Shown in pieces: positions 1 through 9,969 of a DNA stretch of 64,000 nt. The position numbers were made by a program, and so were the translations under genes. The stretch comes from an uncultured bacterium (GTDB lineage Bacteria > Zixibacteria > MSB-5A5 > UBA10806). The stretch lies in contig CBEUCH010000004.1 of the NCBI GenBank assembly GCA_965541585.1, forward strand, positions 180,770 to 244,769. Direction: 5' to 3'. The notes below the pieces were generated by a model, which did no database searches, was not told where the DNA came from, and worked only from the letters and a program-made list of their open reading frames with translations. How positions within the stretch are numbered: the first letter of the stretch is position 1; each line of letters starts with the position of its first letter.

Positions 1-428
1 GTGCCGATCGGATCGGCTGTATAAAATACCCCCCCGATTAAACCGACTATGCCCAGAATCAGGATTGGCATTCCTCTCAGATAAACCAGCCATAGCCCGA
101 GAGCAATACCGATTATCCATAGAACTATGCTGCCCCACAGGATCTGCTTCGGCTTCATCAGTCCGAACGGCAGGATCTTTGAAGATCCATAGATCTCTTT
201 TGTATCAAAACCCTTGATAAAATCGAAATAATCCGAGATCAGGTTCGTGGCGGCGTGATATATAACACCCGCAAATAACGCTATAACAAAGATTCCCCAG
301 TTGAAACCGCTTTCCATCTCCAGCCAGGCCAGAAACGATCCGACCAGTACCGGGACCGCCGAGGCGGTGAACGAAAAAGCTCTCACTGCCTGAAACCACA
401 ATGCCAGCTTTGATTTTTGCTCCGACAT
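1..428 (-). CDS. menA: UbiA/MenA-family prenyltransferase (1,4-dihydroxy-2-naphthoate octaprenyltransferase-like), 3' end runs off the window
   Basis: Translated by hand from ATG at 428: MSEQKSKLALWFQAVRAFSFTASAVPVLVG...ATNLISDYFDFIKGFD. This matches the MenA 'NDxxDxxxGxD' motif region, with multiple TM helices. Not in the ORF track because it is partial. Confidence 0.75.
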   Translation of the reverse strand, partial: MSEQKSKLALWFQAVRAFSFTASAVPVLVGSFLAWLEMESGFNWGIFVIALFAGVIYHAATNLISDYFDFIKGFDTKEIYGSSKILPFGLMKPKQILWGSIVLWIIGIALGLWLVYLRGMPILILGIVGLIGGVFYTADPIG

Positions 429-429
429 T

Positions 430-951
430 TCAAACCTCCATGCTGTCTGCGCCAAGCGCTGTTCTATATGCATTGAATGCGGCATCGTCGAAAAGGACGA
501 AGCCGACACTCGCGATGAAATTCGAGTCTTTCAAATAATCCCGGGTGGCCTTTATCATAACCTCCGCCGCCTTATCGAGTGGAAAACCTCCGACGCCGGT
601 GCCCAACGCCGGGAAATCAATCGATTCAAGGCTCAGTTCGTCGGCCCGCAGAAGCGAGTTATATGTCGCCATCCGGATCATGTTCTCATCCGTTTTCAAA
701 TCCTGCCCCATTACGGCGGCATGGACGACATATTTGTTGGGAAGCGAACCGGCCGTGGTGACAACCGCCTCTCCCACCTGAATCGGCCCTCTGGATACCG
801 CCTCGTCCTCTATATCCTGGCCGCCCTTGCGCTTGATCGCTCCCGCCACTCCCGCTCCCATCCAGAGATGGTTGTTGGCAGCGTTGACGATGGCATCGGC
901 TGTCGATTCGGTGATGTCTCCTTTTATTACTCTGATTGTTTTCCCCGGCAT
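430..951 (-). CDS. Macro domain protein (ADP-ribose binding / O-acetyl-ADP-ribose deacetylase)
   Basis: GDIT...DAIVNAAN..L..GAGVAGAI and FPALGTGVGGFP macrodomain motifs. Confidence 0.92.
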   Translation of the reverse strand: MPGKTIRVIKGDITESTADAIVNAANNHLWMGAGVAGAIKRKGGQDIEDEAVSRGPIQVGEAVVTTAGSLPNKYVVHAAVMGQDLKTDENMIRMATYNSLLRADELSLESIDFPALGTGVGGFPLDKAAEVMIKATRDYLKDSNFIASVGFVLFDDAAFNAYRTALGADSMEV

Positions 952-953
952 GA

Positions 954-1529
954 TTAAGAATCCACTTTTATTTTTCGAGCATCAAGATACTTTCCGATTT
1001 TCTCCGGCGCAAGTTTTTTCGTCAGGTAGATCAATCCCAGCCCGATAGCGGCTCCGTAAACTGCACCCGCTACCACGTCCGATGGATAATGCACACCCTG
1101 ATAGACCCGCCCGATCGCAACCAGAGTGGCGACGGGATAAAGATAGTAGCGCGTTGATTTGTAAAAGCCACCGATCACCACGGCCAGACCAAACATGTTG
1201 GCGGCATGTGATGACGGAAAACTGAAAACCCCTCCGCAACCGTCGACAACCCGTACCCAGATAAGCGACGGGTCATGGCAGGGCCGGATACGCCCCACCA
1301 ACGGTTTTGCGATCCGGTAGATTGTTGGGTCTATTATCAAAGCCGCCAGCGCTGCCAGCGCCACCATCCAGCGTCCTCTGGGGCCGCCCTTCCAGAGTAG
1401 CATGATAGAGATAAGGACCACCGGCCAGCGCCAGATATCGAAATTGCAGATGTAGGAAAAAAAATAATCAAGCGGGGGCATCGCGATGGTATTATTGAAG
1501 AATTTCAAAAGCGCCAGATCTATCGGCAA
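954..1529 (-). CDS. PAP2-family membrane phosphatase (undecaprenyl-PP phosphatase-like)
   Basis: KxxxxRxRP, SFPSSH and GRVYQGVHYPSDV motifs. Confidence 0.9.
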   Translation of the reverse strand: MPIDLALLKFFNNTIAMPPLDYFFSYICNFDIWRWPVVLISIMLLWKGGPRGRWMVALAALAALIIDPTIYRIAKPLVGRIRPCHDPSLIWVRVVDGCGGVFSFPSSHAANMFGLAVVIGGFYKSTRYYLYPVATLVAIGRVYQGVHYPSDVVAGAVYGAAIGLGLIYLTKKLAPEKIGKYLDARKIKVDS

Positions 1530-1679
1530 GTTGCCTCCTTATTGAGCAGATAATATACCATGGAATAGAGATTGACAAACAGCAATTACATCATTATAGA
1601 ACTAAAGAATCGTATTGTAAAGATATCGGGTTAATTAACGATTAATCCTGATGCGGTACTTCTATTTAGGGGGAATGCA

Positions 1680-2411
1680 ATGAGAACCATCGTATCGCTT
1701 GGCGTTATTACGATATTATTGTAGTTTACCTTCACTCTATCAGGTCAGGAAACGGAATCTGAAATTAAGATTCTGCGGGTGAGGTCGTTTCATGGAAACG
1801 AAGTTGACGCTGTATCCGGAGAGGTCTGGTTCGGGCTGTATCCCTCGGAGGATGGATTCGAACTGATTCGATCCGAAATTTCAGTTGAGCAGGTTTTTGA
1901 TCCTATCATGGATGCGGATGATAGCGCCGGGACCGGTAAGAAAATTTCGGTCGATTATCCAACAGAACCACTTTTTCTGGTGAAGGGATTGGAAAACTTG
2001 ATAGAAGGTATGGTAAAAACTGCTTTCTCAGGTAGAAGGTTTATATATCCTGGTGAGACTTTGAGCTTCGAATTCGAAGAAAGAGATTACTATGCTATGG
2101 CCGCATTTGGCGAGGTTGCGGACGCCGGTATCGCAAGGCCTTTTCATTTTAAATATCGTGATTATCAAATAAAATTCTCACACACTCCTTGGGCCAATAC
2201 TCAACTGATAGCCTCTTTTGCTGGTCTGTCAATTGATAGATCGCCGGCTCTTCTCTGGGCCGGTGATCTGGACAGAGATGGCAAGCTCGACTTATTGATG
2301 GATCTAACCTATCACTACAATGTTACTCTTTACTCTCTTTTCCTTTCGTCCGCCGCTGAAGGGGATAAACTTGTGAAGCTCGTGTCTCAATTTAGAAATA
2401 CAGGATGTTGA
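1680..2411 (+). pseudogene. Secreted hypothetical protein interrupted by an in-frame TAG within its signal peptide
   Basis: ATG at 1680 with upstream AGGGGG RBS and TTGACA(1572)-17bp-TATAGA(1595) reads MRTIVSLGVITILL*FTFTLSGQETESEIKILRV, in frame with ORF 1779..2411. The stop is at 1722-1724. The C-terminus has a GDLDRDGKLDL (FG-GAP/Ca-binding-like) motif. Confidence 0.65.
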
Positions 2412-2449
2412 GATAAATAGAGATTAATAGAGTATTCAAAGGTCAATAA

Positions 2450-3214
2450 TTGGATTTGGGTGATTATTTGGCAAACCGGAAAGCACCTATACGCTTGGCG
2501 TGGCAAAATAAAGTAATCACAATAACGTTCCTATCAGCTGCAGCCATCATGCTTTTATGCTTGATAAGTGGTTGCACCGTCATCGGTCTTGCCATCGGCG
2601 CAAGTGCCGATCGGGAAAAACCCGATAAAAAGGATTACGCCATCTCAGAAATTGAACGTATTCAACCGGGAAAGGAAGTTACCGTTGTCCTTAATACGAA
2701 AGATATGATAAGCGGGGAATACGTACGGACGACCCGGATTACCGATCAGGAATACGATTCGATTTTTAGCGAATTTCGCGAAAAATCATACAACCTGTCT
2801 GGAATCCCGGCGCCGGGCGATACCATCACAATATTCGATCTGACGGGTAGACGATGGACGTTCGAGTTAATAGACTATAACTATGATTATTTAAGAGTCA
2901 AGCCCGCTGGAGAAACTGAGCCAATAGTGTTTTTAATCAGGAATATTGCCGAAATCACTGCCGGAAATGAAACCACGATTTCCGTGGAAGAACTGAAGAT
3001 GATGATCGCGGAAAAGAAAATACCGGTTATTCAGGCGATGGCCTTAAATATAAATGGCGATACAGTAGTTATAGCGGCGAGCAGGGTCGATCGCGTATTC
3101 AGCATTGATAAGAAAAATCGGATCTGGAAAGGCATGGCTATGGGGCTTGCTATCGATTTAGCCTTAGTGATCTGGTTCGTCACACAGCTTCCCCTCGATT
3201 TTGGTTTAAGGTAG
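2450..3214 (+). CDS. Hypothetical membrane-anchored/lipoprotein-like protein
   Basis: 254-aa ORF with hydrophobic segment ending LISGC and a C-terminal TM; start uncertain. Confidence 0.6.
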   Translation: MDLGDYLANRKAPIRLAWQNKVITITFLSAAAIMLLCLISGCTVIGLAIGASADREKPDKKDYAISEIERIQPGKEVTVVLNTKDMISGEYVRTTRITDQEYDSIFSEFREKSYNLSGIPAPGDTITIFDLTGRRWTFELIDYNYDYLRVKPAGETEPIVFLIRNIAEITAGNETTISVEELKMMIAEKKIPVIQAMALNINGDTVVIAASRVDRVFSIDKKNRIWKGMAMGLAIDLALVIWFVTQLPLDFGLR

Positions 3215-3352
3215 TCATCCCAAGGACGCCGGACTGAATATATTGGTGGCGACAAAACCCATAATATTAAGAATTACGAATTATAATACGTGGCGTTTTA
3301 AATTTTGGCAGACGGTTGATCAGGATCACCAAAACCACGGGGTCTTGACTAC
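3211..3352. repeat. Degenerate GTAG-type REP doublet
   Basis: Ends are inverted (GTAGTCA at 3211, TGACTAC ending 3352); imperfect hairpin at 3320-3348. Confidence 0.4.
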
Positions 3353-3365
3353 AAAGATAGGGAAA

Positions 3366-4316
3366 TCACTCCGACCCCACGGCCTCGCGTTCGGGATGTG
3401 CTGTTTTTATGAGAGCTTCTACCTCCTCCAATTCCGGTATACCTCGTCGGCCGCCCAGCCGGGTGCATTTCAACGCCGCCGTTGCGGAGGCGAATTCCAG
3501 TATCCGGGGAAGCTCCCATCCCTGAATCAGGCCATAGACATATGCGCCGTGGAAGACGTCGCCGGCGCCAGTAGTATCGACAACATTGACCTTGAAAGCC
3601 TCTTGCTGAAATAGCTCGCCATCGGACGTGGCGCCGATGCTGCCTCTGCGACCGGATGTTATGACAACCGATTTGAAGCCCATGTGAGCCAGTTTCAAGG
3701 CCGCTCTCCCGGGATCAACTTCCTGGGTGAAATCCAGTGAAAATCGGTTTGACACCACCAGGTGGTCGACATAGGGGAGAATATCGCCGATATTTTTCCT
3801 CGGAGAACCGGCGTCCAGAATCACCTCACCGCCCGTTTTTCTCGCCAGCAGAGCGGCGGTTAATGACGTCTCCGGTTCGCGGCCATCGATGAGCAAAAAT
3901 TTCGCTCTTTGAATAACGGCGGCATTCAACTCGTCCGGTGATAGAGCCGATGTTTCGGTTCTATCGAGTATCACCGTTCTTTTGCCGCTCTCTTTTTCCA
4001 CAATGACGAAGGCCCGGGGTGTTCGCGAATCGGGGTCTAAGAATAAATACCGGACATTGACCCCAAACCGACGCAACTCGTCGCGAAGCAATTTGCCATC
4101 GCCATCTTTGCCGCTCTTACCGAGAAATGCGCTACCAATTCCGAATTTCGCGAGCGTGCACAAAGCCGTCGGTACAGGCCCTCCTCCCTGTCGAGAAAAG
4201 GAGATGGCGTCAATCTTGTCGTCAAGACGGGGATAACTATCCACCACAAAGGTGTAATCCAGCGCGCAAAGCCCCAGACCGACACATTCGATTCTATTTG
4301 ATCTTGACCTGGCCAT
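3366..4316 (-). CDS. PfkB/ribokinase-family carbohydrate kinase
   Basis: QGGGPVPTA N-terminal signature and VVDTTGAGDVFHGA C-terminal signature; start moved to ATG 4316, overlapping the yigZ end. Confidence 0.9.
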   Translation of the reverse strand: MARSRSNRIECVGLGLCALDYTFVVDSYPRLDDKIDAISFSRQGGGPVPTALCTLAKFGIGSAFLGKSGKDGDGKLLRDELRRFGVNVRYLFLDPDSRTPRAFVIVEKESGKRTVILDRTETSALSPDELNAAVIQRAKFLLIDGREPETSLTAALLARKTGGEVILDAGSPRKNIGDILPYVDHLVVSNRFSLDFTQEVDPGRAALKLAHMGFKSVVITSGRRGSIGATSDGELFQQEAFKVNVVDTTGAGDVFHGAYVYGLIQGWELPRILEFASATAALKCTRLGGRRGIPELEEVEALIKTAHPEREAVGSE

Positions 4317-4911
4317 TGGTAGCTTCCGTAATTTTGGCCTTGAAGGCGGCCATTTTCGATGCCCTGACTTCCACGTCAAAGGTTACTTTTTCACCATAAT
4401 GAGAATCCTTCAATTCCGCCGAGTAGCTGCTTATGATACTATGAGCGACATTGACAAAATCGAAATCGACTGAAAAAGCAATTTTGTCGGTCAAATATTT
4501 CTTTTCGGATTCACACGATTTCAAAAGCTCGTATGAAACCCTCCCGTAGGCACGCATCAACCCGCCGGTACCGAGCTTGGTGCCGCCAAAATACCTGGCT
4601 ACCACCACGCAGGCATTCGAAACATTGGTGGAGTTAATAGACTTGAGTATGGGCTGACCGGCGGTTCCCGACGGTTCCCCACCGTCGTTGTAACGGTATT
4701 TTTGTCTTCGTCCCAATCCTAATTTCCAGGCGAAACAATTGTGGGTGGCATCATGAAACTCTTTCTTGATCTCCTCTATGAACGTCCGTGCATCTTTCTC
4801 GGTCTCGACCGGTGTAGCGCTGGCGATAAATTTGCTGCCCTTGATCTTTTCCTCCGACCGGCATCTCCCCTTTAACTGTACGAACTGGTCGGTACTCGAT
4901 CTACGATTCAT
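4294..4911 (-). CDS. yigZ: YigZ/IMPACT family protein
   Basis: IKGSKFIA, DATHNCFAW, DGGEPSGTAG and VARYFGGTKLGTGGLMRAY motifs. Confidence 0.92.
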   Translation of the reverse strand: MNRRSSTDQFVQLKGRCRSEEKIKGSKFIASATPVETEKDARTFIEEIKKEFHDATHNCFAWKLGLGRRQKYRYNDGGEPSGTAGQPILKSINSTNVSNACVVVARYFGGTKLGTGGLMRAYGRVSYELLKSCESEKKYLTDKIAFSVDFDFVNVAHSIISSYSAELKDSHYGEKVTFDVEVRASKMAAFKAKITEATNGQVKIK

Positions 4912-5155
4912 CCTGATCCCCTCGCGAGAATTGGTCGGCCAGCCGAACGACTCTGCTCTTATAAATCAATTTGAAAAGATCGACATTTTCGGGCTCCTCA
5001 TCGGCGTATTCAGCTTCGACCTGCTCATATAATCTCAAAGCCCGCTCGGCCGTCATACCGCTGGTCATTATTTTCCGGCATAAGTCGTCGATCTTCGCTC
5101 TGGCATCCAGATAACAGTCGCTGTATCCTCTTTTACCGGACATTGAAAGACTCAT
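4901..5155 (-). CDS. Small hypothetical protein
   Basis: 84-aa ORF tightly packed between dprA and yigZ in the same orientation. Confidence 0.65.
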   Translation of the reverse strand: MSLSMSGKRGYSDCYLDARAKIDDLCRKIMTSGMTAERALRLYEQVEAEYADEEPENVDLFKLIYKSRVVRLADQFSRGDQDES

Positions 5156-5161
5156 GACAAC

Positions 5162-6049
5162 TTAGACCATGTATTCCATAATTTCGTCAACCGAGTCCAC
5201 ATCTTTAATTATTGGTCCGGGCGAATCCTTTATTGCATCAAATTTCAGGTCGCCTTCCGGGTCGCAATAGAAAAGCGGTTTTGCCTGTTTCAAAGCGTAA
5301 GCTGCTGTTCTCAATTCGCCTTTCGTTTCCTTACCAACCTGGACGACAACAACTGCTCTGGAAAAAGCGGAGATCAATCGATTTCTGAGAACCAATCCGG
5401 ACTTGCTCACCTTCTTAAAAGGCTGGTATTCCGAGATCAGAATGCCGGATTTGGCGATCAGTTCAGCTAAGGATTTGTTTTCCGCCGGGTATATATCGAG
5501 AAAGCCGCATCCCAGGACGGCTATGCTTAGCCCCTGTTCCTTTAAGGCTCCCAGATGGGCTGCGCTGTCTATTCCGGCGGCAAGACCTGATACTATGCCG
5601 AAATCCCTTCTGATAAACTCCCTGGTAAGATCGACAGTCAGTCGAAGCCCTGCCTGGGTGGCCCTGGTGGTGCCGACAAGCGCCACGTATTTATGCGAGA
5701 AGGCATCGCGGTTGCCCATATAATAGATCAGGGGCGGCGGATCGTCTATCTCCCGTAGCATTTGAGGATAGTCGTCGTCGAGAAATGAAGCTACGTGGAT
5801 ATCGTTGGCCGTATAATCATAAAGTTTTTCGGTGAACAAATCGACACTATCCAGAGAGCGGAGCAGACGGTCGATTCCCTCCTCCCCGAGACGGGGAATA
5901 CCGTCGAAATCGGAATGAGCGGCGTACAAAAGATCCTCCGGCGGGCCCACACGCATCAGGAGATGCTGAAACATCCTGGCGCCGATACCGCCCTCCTCGG
6001 TAATCGCCATGATGATCGATTTTCTTTCAATGGTAATATCGTTTGGCAA
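5162..6049 (-). CDS. dprA: DNA-processing protein DprA (Smf)
   Basis: DDDYPQMLREIDDPPP, VALVGT, IVSGLAAGIDSAAH and RNRLISAFS motifs. Confidence 0.9.
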   Translation of the reverse strand: MPNDITIERKSIIMAITEEGGIGARMFQHLLMRVGPPEDLLYAAHSDFDGIPRLGEEGIDRLLRSLDSVDLFTEKLYDYTANDIHVASFLDDDYPQMLREIDDPPPLIYYMGNRDAFSHKYVALVGTTRATQAGLRLTVDLTREFIRRDFGIVSGLAAGIDSAAHLGALKEQGLSIAVLGCGFLDIYPAENKSLAELIAKSGILISEYQPFKKVSKSGLVLRNRLISAFSRAVVVVQVGKETKGELRTAAYALKQAKPLFYCDPEGDLKFDAIKDSPGPIIKDVDSVDEIMEYMV

Positions 6050-6072
6050 TCCAGGCTCCTACTATATATAAC

Positions 6073-6861
6073 CTATCTTCCCGTAGAAAAGGTCCAGACA
6101 TGCTTCCTCGATGGATTCCCGGCAAGATCCTTAAAACCCTTGGAATCCTCGCCATTGACATGAAACTCATACGTGATATTCGGATAGAGGTGCAGGTTGA
6201 TTGTGAAAATATTCGATTCCTCATCATAAAGTATATCGCCGTACTGCGTCCACATATCCTCGGGCGTACCGGATATCGAAGAGGTCGCCGGATTCATCGG
6301 CTCCGAAAACTCTATAATCATTTTCACATATTGGCCGACCCGGGCTTCACCATTTTCAGGCTTAACGGAAACCACATGCGGCGGAATTTTATCCGGCAAC
6401 AAAATTAGTCGTGCCATTTCAGGTATAACGGTATAGATATCTTTTAGATCGCCGCAAACAATAGGATCAAATAGTATCGGTTCGGCCTCAGCGGACTCCA
6501 GAAACCTTAACTCCACCGTGAATATCCCCCTGGACGAAAATATATGCCCGTAGACCGCGCCGGAGGCCCCCAGCGAGGGCATCAAAGATTTGAGATTGTC
6601 GATAGTGTAGTTAAGATCCGACTCGTATAAGCCCTTTTGCGTCAATAACTTTTCAAACAGATTTCTGGATACCAGGGAGCCGCCTTGTTTTTTCACATGT
6701 GACCTGAGAGAATCGCCGAAGACGCTCGATCTTCCGGCGGCCTCACCATGGCAATCGAAGTTTAGAACGAGATATCTGGCATCATCCCCGCCATATGAAT
6801 CCGCCTCGAACATAAGGCTAAAGACGCATGCGGCAAGCATACATGAGAATATCCATTTCAT
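6073..6861 (-). CDS. Secreted protein with C-terminal bacterial Ig-like (Big_5/SbsA-type) domain
   Basis: Signal peptide; PPHVVSVKP...IEFSEPMN...FKDLAGNP...WTFST pattern. Confidence 0.65.
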   Translation of the reverse strand: MKWIFSCMLAACVFSLMFEADSYGGDDARYLVLNFDCHGEAAGRSSVFGDSLRSHVKKQGGSLVSRNLFEKLLTQKGLYESDLNYTIDNLKSLMPSLGASGAVYGHIFSSRGIFTVELRFLESAEAEPILFDPIVCGDLKDIYTVIPEMARLILLPDKIPPHVVSVKPENGEARVGQYVKMIIEFSEPMNPATSSISGTPEDMWTQYGDILYDEESNIFTINLHLYPNITYEFHVNGEDSKGFKDLAGNPSRKHVWTFSTGR

Positions 6862-6892
6862 GATGGCAATATATCTCTGCAGCAGGTAAATG

Positions 6893-8182
6893 TCAATCGA
6901 GCCGGGCCAGGAGTCTTTCAGGCTGCCAGCCTATGAAATAAGGCAAGTATTCCGCCACTGTCAGGCTGAACTTTTCTTTGTATTTTTCTCTAACCGGCAT
7001 AGCGGCAGGGACCGTCATTTTCAGGGGGTTATTATATTTGCCGTTTTTTCTAACGCGATAACACAGATGAGGGCCGGTGCTCAGGCCCGTATTCCCCACG
7101 TACCCGATAACCTGCCCCTGCACCACATGCCTTCCCCGGGCCACTCCCTTGCCGAAATTATTAAGGTGGCCGTAGCAGGTCACGAAGCCGTGAGAGTGTT
7201 GAATCTCAAAGTAATTTCCAAACCCCCTCTTTTTACCCTTGAATATAACATAGCCATCGCCGGCGGCTACCACGGGGGTTCCAACCGCCGCCGCGTAGTC
7301 TACACCGAGATGAGGGCGATAAATCTTACGGATCGGATGAAGCCTCCGGTAGGAAAACTTCGATGACACTCTCCTGTAGTTCAAAGGCGATTTCAAGAGG
7401 GTCTTTCTCAGCGAATACCCGTTTTCATCATAGTAATCGCGTCGGCCATCCGGATCCGTAAAGAGAAATGCCCTGTGAATTTCACCATCTAATATGTATT
7501 CTGCGGCCAGGATATTACCCGTCTTAACAAATGCCCCATCCTTTTCGTAAACCTCAAATACAACTTTGAACTTATTACCAATTCTCGGTTCTGTGAGAAA
7601 ATCGATCTCCCAGCCGAATATGTCGGCCAGGGAAAAAAAGATTTCCATGTCGGGTAATTGAGGCATCAGAGCGTCCCACAACGTGGACTCTATCTCGCCC
7701 TCTATGATTCTTACGGATCGCTCGAGACCGACCTCATATATTGTTTCGAGATAGCGGTCGCCATCGCGGTCCAACCGATATCGCTTCCAATCATCCGTGG
7801 TATATTCCAGGGCCACGATATTGTCATCAGGACCCATGAATAGCTTGAATCTATCGCCGGGCTGTGAACGGGTCAGGTTAAACATCTTTGAGAAACGCGA
7901 GGTTATCTCCGCCACCAGAGGATGAGATATTTCCTGATTGAGAAGCTCGGCGTAAAGGCTTGAGTTTTTCTTAATTATGCCGGCGTAAATCGCATCGATA
8001 TCCAGGATTTCCACCGGCTCCGGATCAGGCTCGGTCGATGCCGAAGTATCCAACGTGGCCGGCGTCCTGTTCGTATGAAATAAAACTGCGGCAAAAACGA
8101 AAACCAGCCCCATAACTGCTATGGGGACTATTTTCGACCGGAGATACTCTGAAGTCTTTGTTTTACTATTGATTATCCTCAA
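6893..8182 (-). CDS. M23 (LytM) peptidoglycan DD-endopeptidase, MepM/Csd3-like
   Basis: HLGVDYAA (HxxxD), YGHL and STGPHLCY motifs (second His of HxH reads Cys); N-terminal TM; probable TTG start at 8182 after a GAGGA RBS. Confidence 0.88.
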   Translation of the reverse strand: MRIINSKTKTSEYLRSKIVPIAVMGLVFVFAAVLFHTNRTPATLDTSASTEPDPEPVEILDIDAIYAGIIKKNSSLYAELLNQEISHPLVAEITSRFSKMFNLTRSQPGDRFKLFMGPDDNIVALEYTTDDWKRYRLDRDGDRYLETIYEVGLERSVRIIEGEIESTLWDALMPQLPDMEIFFSLADIFGWEIDFLTEPRIGNKFKVVFEVYEKDGAFVKTGNILAAEYILDGEIHRAFLFTDPDGRRDYYDENGYSLRKTLLKSPLNYRRVSSKFSYRRLHPIRKIYRPHLGVDYAAAVGTPVVAAGDGYVIFKGKKRGFGNYFEIQHSHGFVTCYGHLNNFGKGVARGRHVVQGQVIGYVGNTGLSTGPHLCYRVRKNGKYNNPLKMTVPAAMPVREKYKEKFSLTVAEYLPYFIGWQPERLLARLD

Positions 8183-8184
8183 TA

Positions 8185-9762
8185 TCAATCCTCGCCGAAG
8201 ATCTCCGCCTGGAAGACGTACAATTCGGTCTGTTCGCTTTTCCACGAGTCGCTGGGCAGCCCAGCCTTACGGCATGTCTGCTGGAGAAACTCGATCCGAT
8301 CCCAACCATATCCAACCGGTACCTGGGGCAATAACACCCCTGAGTAGATTCCCTGCCTGATGTAGAGGCCATCCTTGCCAACCTCCACCAATTCAGGATC
8401 ATATATCCTTTTCATCGGCGTCAGCACGGAAATCTCAATATCGAGGAGATCCAGCTCCTCTTTTTCCAGTGGCGAGAACCGGGGATCGGAGAAGGCCGCT
8501 TCCAAGGCCATTCTGGCGATAGTCTGATATAAAGGCTCGGCCGCCCTGAATGTGCCGATACATCCCCTCAGCCTGCCTTGCTTGTTGAGAGTGACAAAGG
8601 CTCCTAATTCCGCGTCAAGGGCGGCAGACTTATTTTCGAAAGAAGGCATCTCTTCACCGCTTAAGCGGGCGGCAATGGCCCGGCGCACTATGGTGAGAAG
8701 CGTCTTCTTATCCTCCGCAGAAAGACCGAACTCTGCACCGGTGGCCGGATTATCGTGAACAGCACCGCTCGATTGATCGGATTTCGCCGGTTCCTGTTCG
8801 TTTTCAGTATCCAACTCGTAGGTCCCGGATTCCCCGGACTTGTAGATGATCGCTGAGAGGTAGCCGACAACGTTCGATCTATCGCCGATGACATCACCCG
8901 AGTCACCGTATCCGGTTGTTGCCACCGAATTAGCGCCGAGCTTTTCGGCGGCTATCATAGCGGCTATTATGGGGCCGCCGCCGCAGGCCTCGGTTTTGCG
9001 CTTCGCCAAATCCTCAGCCAGGCCGCTATAATCGTAGTTTTCCAGCCTGTCTATGACTATGGAATCCAGCTTTTTGGCGGTCTGGGAATCGTGAAAATGC
9101 GAAAGATCAGTCGAGGCTACTATCAGGATATCATCATTACCCTTGATTGCATCCGCAATGGCGTTCCCTAATGCTTCGCAGGTTTCGTAATTCTGATCCC
9201 CCATCATGAGAGCCACTAAGGAGAAATCGCCGAGTGTGGTCTGTAAAAATGGCAGTTGCACTTCCAATGCATGCTCCGAGCGGCCGCCGGCGACTATATG
9301 TCCGGTATTGGAAAAACTTATCATATCGCTGGCCGAGGCTATCTTTTCTGTAAGCTCCCGGTCTATCCGAATCTCACCAAGTGGCGTTGAGTATGCTTTG
9401 CCGTCGAAAGCCGTAACCCCGCCGAAACGAGCCATGTGCGACGGCGATATGACTATCACCTTGGCGAATGATTCGCCCTCCAGTATCTTGTATCCCTTAG
9501 CCGCAATACCCCCGGAATAGATATACCCCGCATGGGGGGATACTATGGCCACCGGCCGTCCTGCTATTTCGGGTTTCGACGCCTCGTGGAATTGCTTAGC
9601 TATCATCTTGGCCAGTTCCGATGGCGAACCGGGATAAAAAGCTCCCGCCACCGCCGGAGGCCGGACATAGGCCGAATCTGAACCGCTCATATCATCACCT
9701 ACTGCAATTTGCCACCGGAGCACAGCTGATATGCATAATGCTATGGCGGCTATTCTCATCAT
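8185..9762 (-). CDS. Fused AmmeMemoRadiSam protein B (Memo-like) and protein A (AMMECR1)
   Basis: VRPPAVAGAFYPG, PHAGYIYSG, EHALEVQLPFLQ and STDLSH (Memo); GAFVTL...LRGCIG and DPRF (AMMECR1); N-terminal signal-like peptide. Confidence 0.9.
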   Translation of the reverse strand: MMRIAAIALCISAVLRWQIAVGDDMSGSDSAYVRPPAVAGAFYPGSPSELAKMIAKQFHEASKPEIAGRPVAIVSPHAGYIYSGGIAAKGYKILEGESFAKVIVISPSHMARFGGVTAFDGKAYSTPLGEIRIDRELTEKIASASDMISFSNTGHIVAGGRSEHALEVQLPFLQTTLGDFSLVALMMGDQNYETCEALGNAIADAIKGNDDILIVASTDLSHFHDSQTAKKLDSIVIDRLENYDYSGLAEDLAKRKTEACGGGPIIAAMIAAEKLGANSVATTGYGDSGDVIGDRSNVVGYLSAIIYKSGESGTYELDTENEQEPAKSDQSSGAVHDNPATGAEFGLSAEDKKTLLTIVRRAIAARLSGEEMPSFENKSAALDAELGAFVTLNKQGRLRGCIGTFRAAEPLYQTIARMALEAAFSDPRFSPLEKEELDLLDIEISVLTPMKRIYDPELVEVGKDGLYIRQGIYSGVLLPQVPVGYGWDRIEFLQQTCRKAGLPSDSWKSEQTELYVFQAEIFGED

Positions 9763-9969
9763 TGTTCGCTCCCTGATCGATATTAGTGTCGATAATCGGC
9801 AGTGTCAAGGATTAAAGACTTTTCAGCTGTTTTTATATCGGCTGAATGCCGGCGGTTTGCAACGGAAATTGGTTGACAAATAGCCAAAATAAAGTAGCTT
9901 GATAGTAGAACATATACAACATTATCTGTTTTGACCCCCGGTACCGGGAGGTTTATCGGTCTTTTGCAG

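Noticed and set aside
1722..1724. Genome-wide TAG reassignment
   Set aside because: TAG ends full-length conserved genes in this window (dnaA at 47692-47694, the response regulator at 17308-17310), and only one internal TAG was seen.
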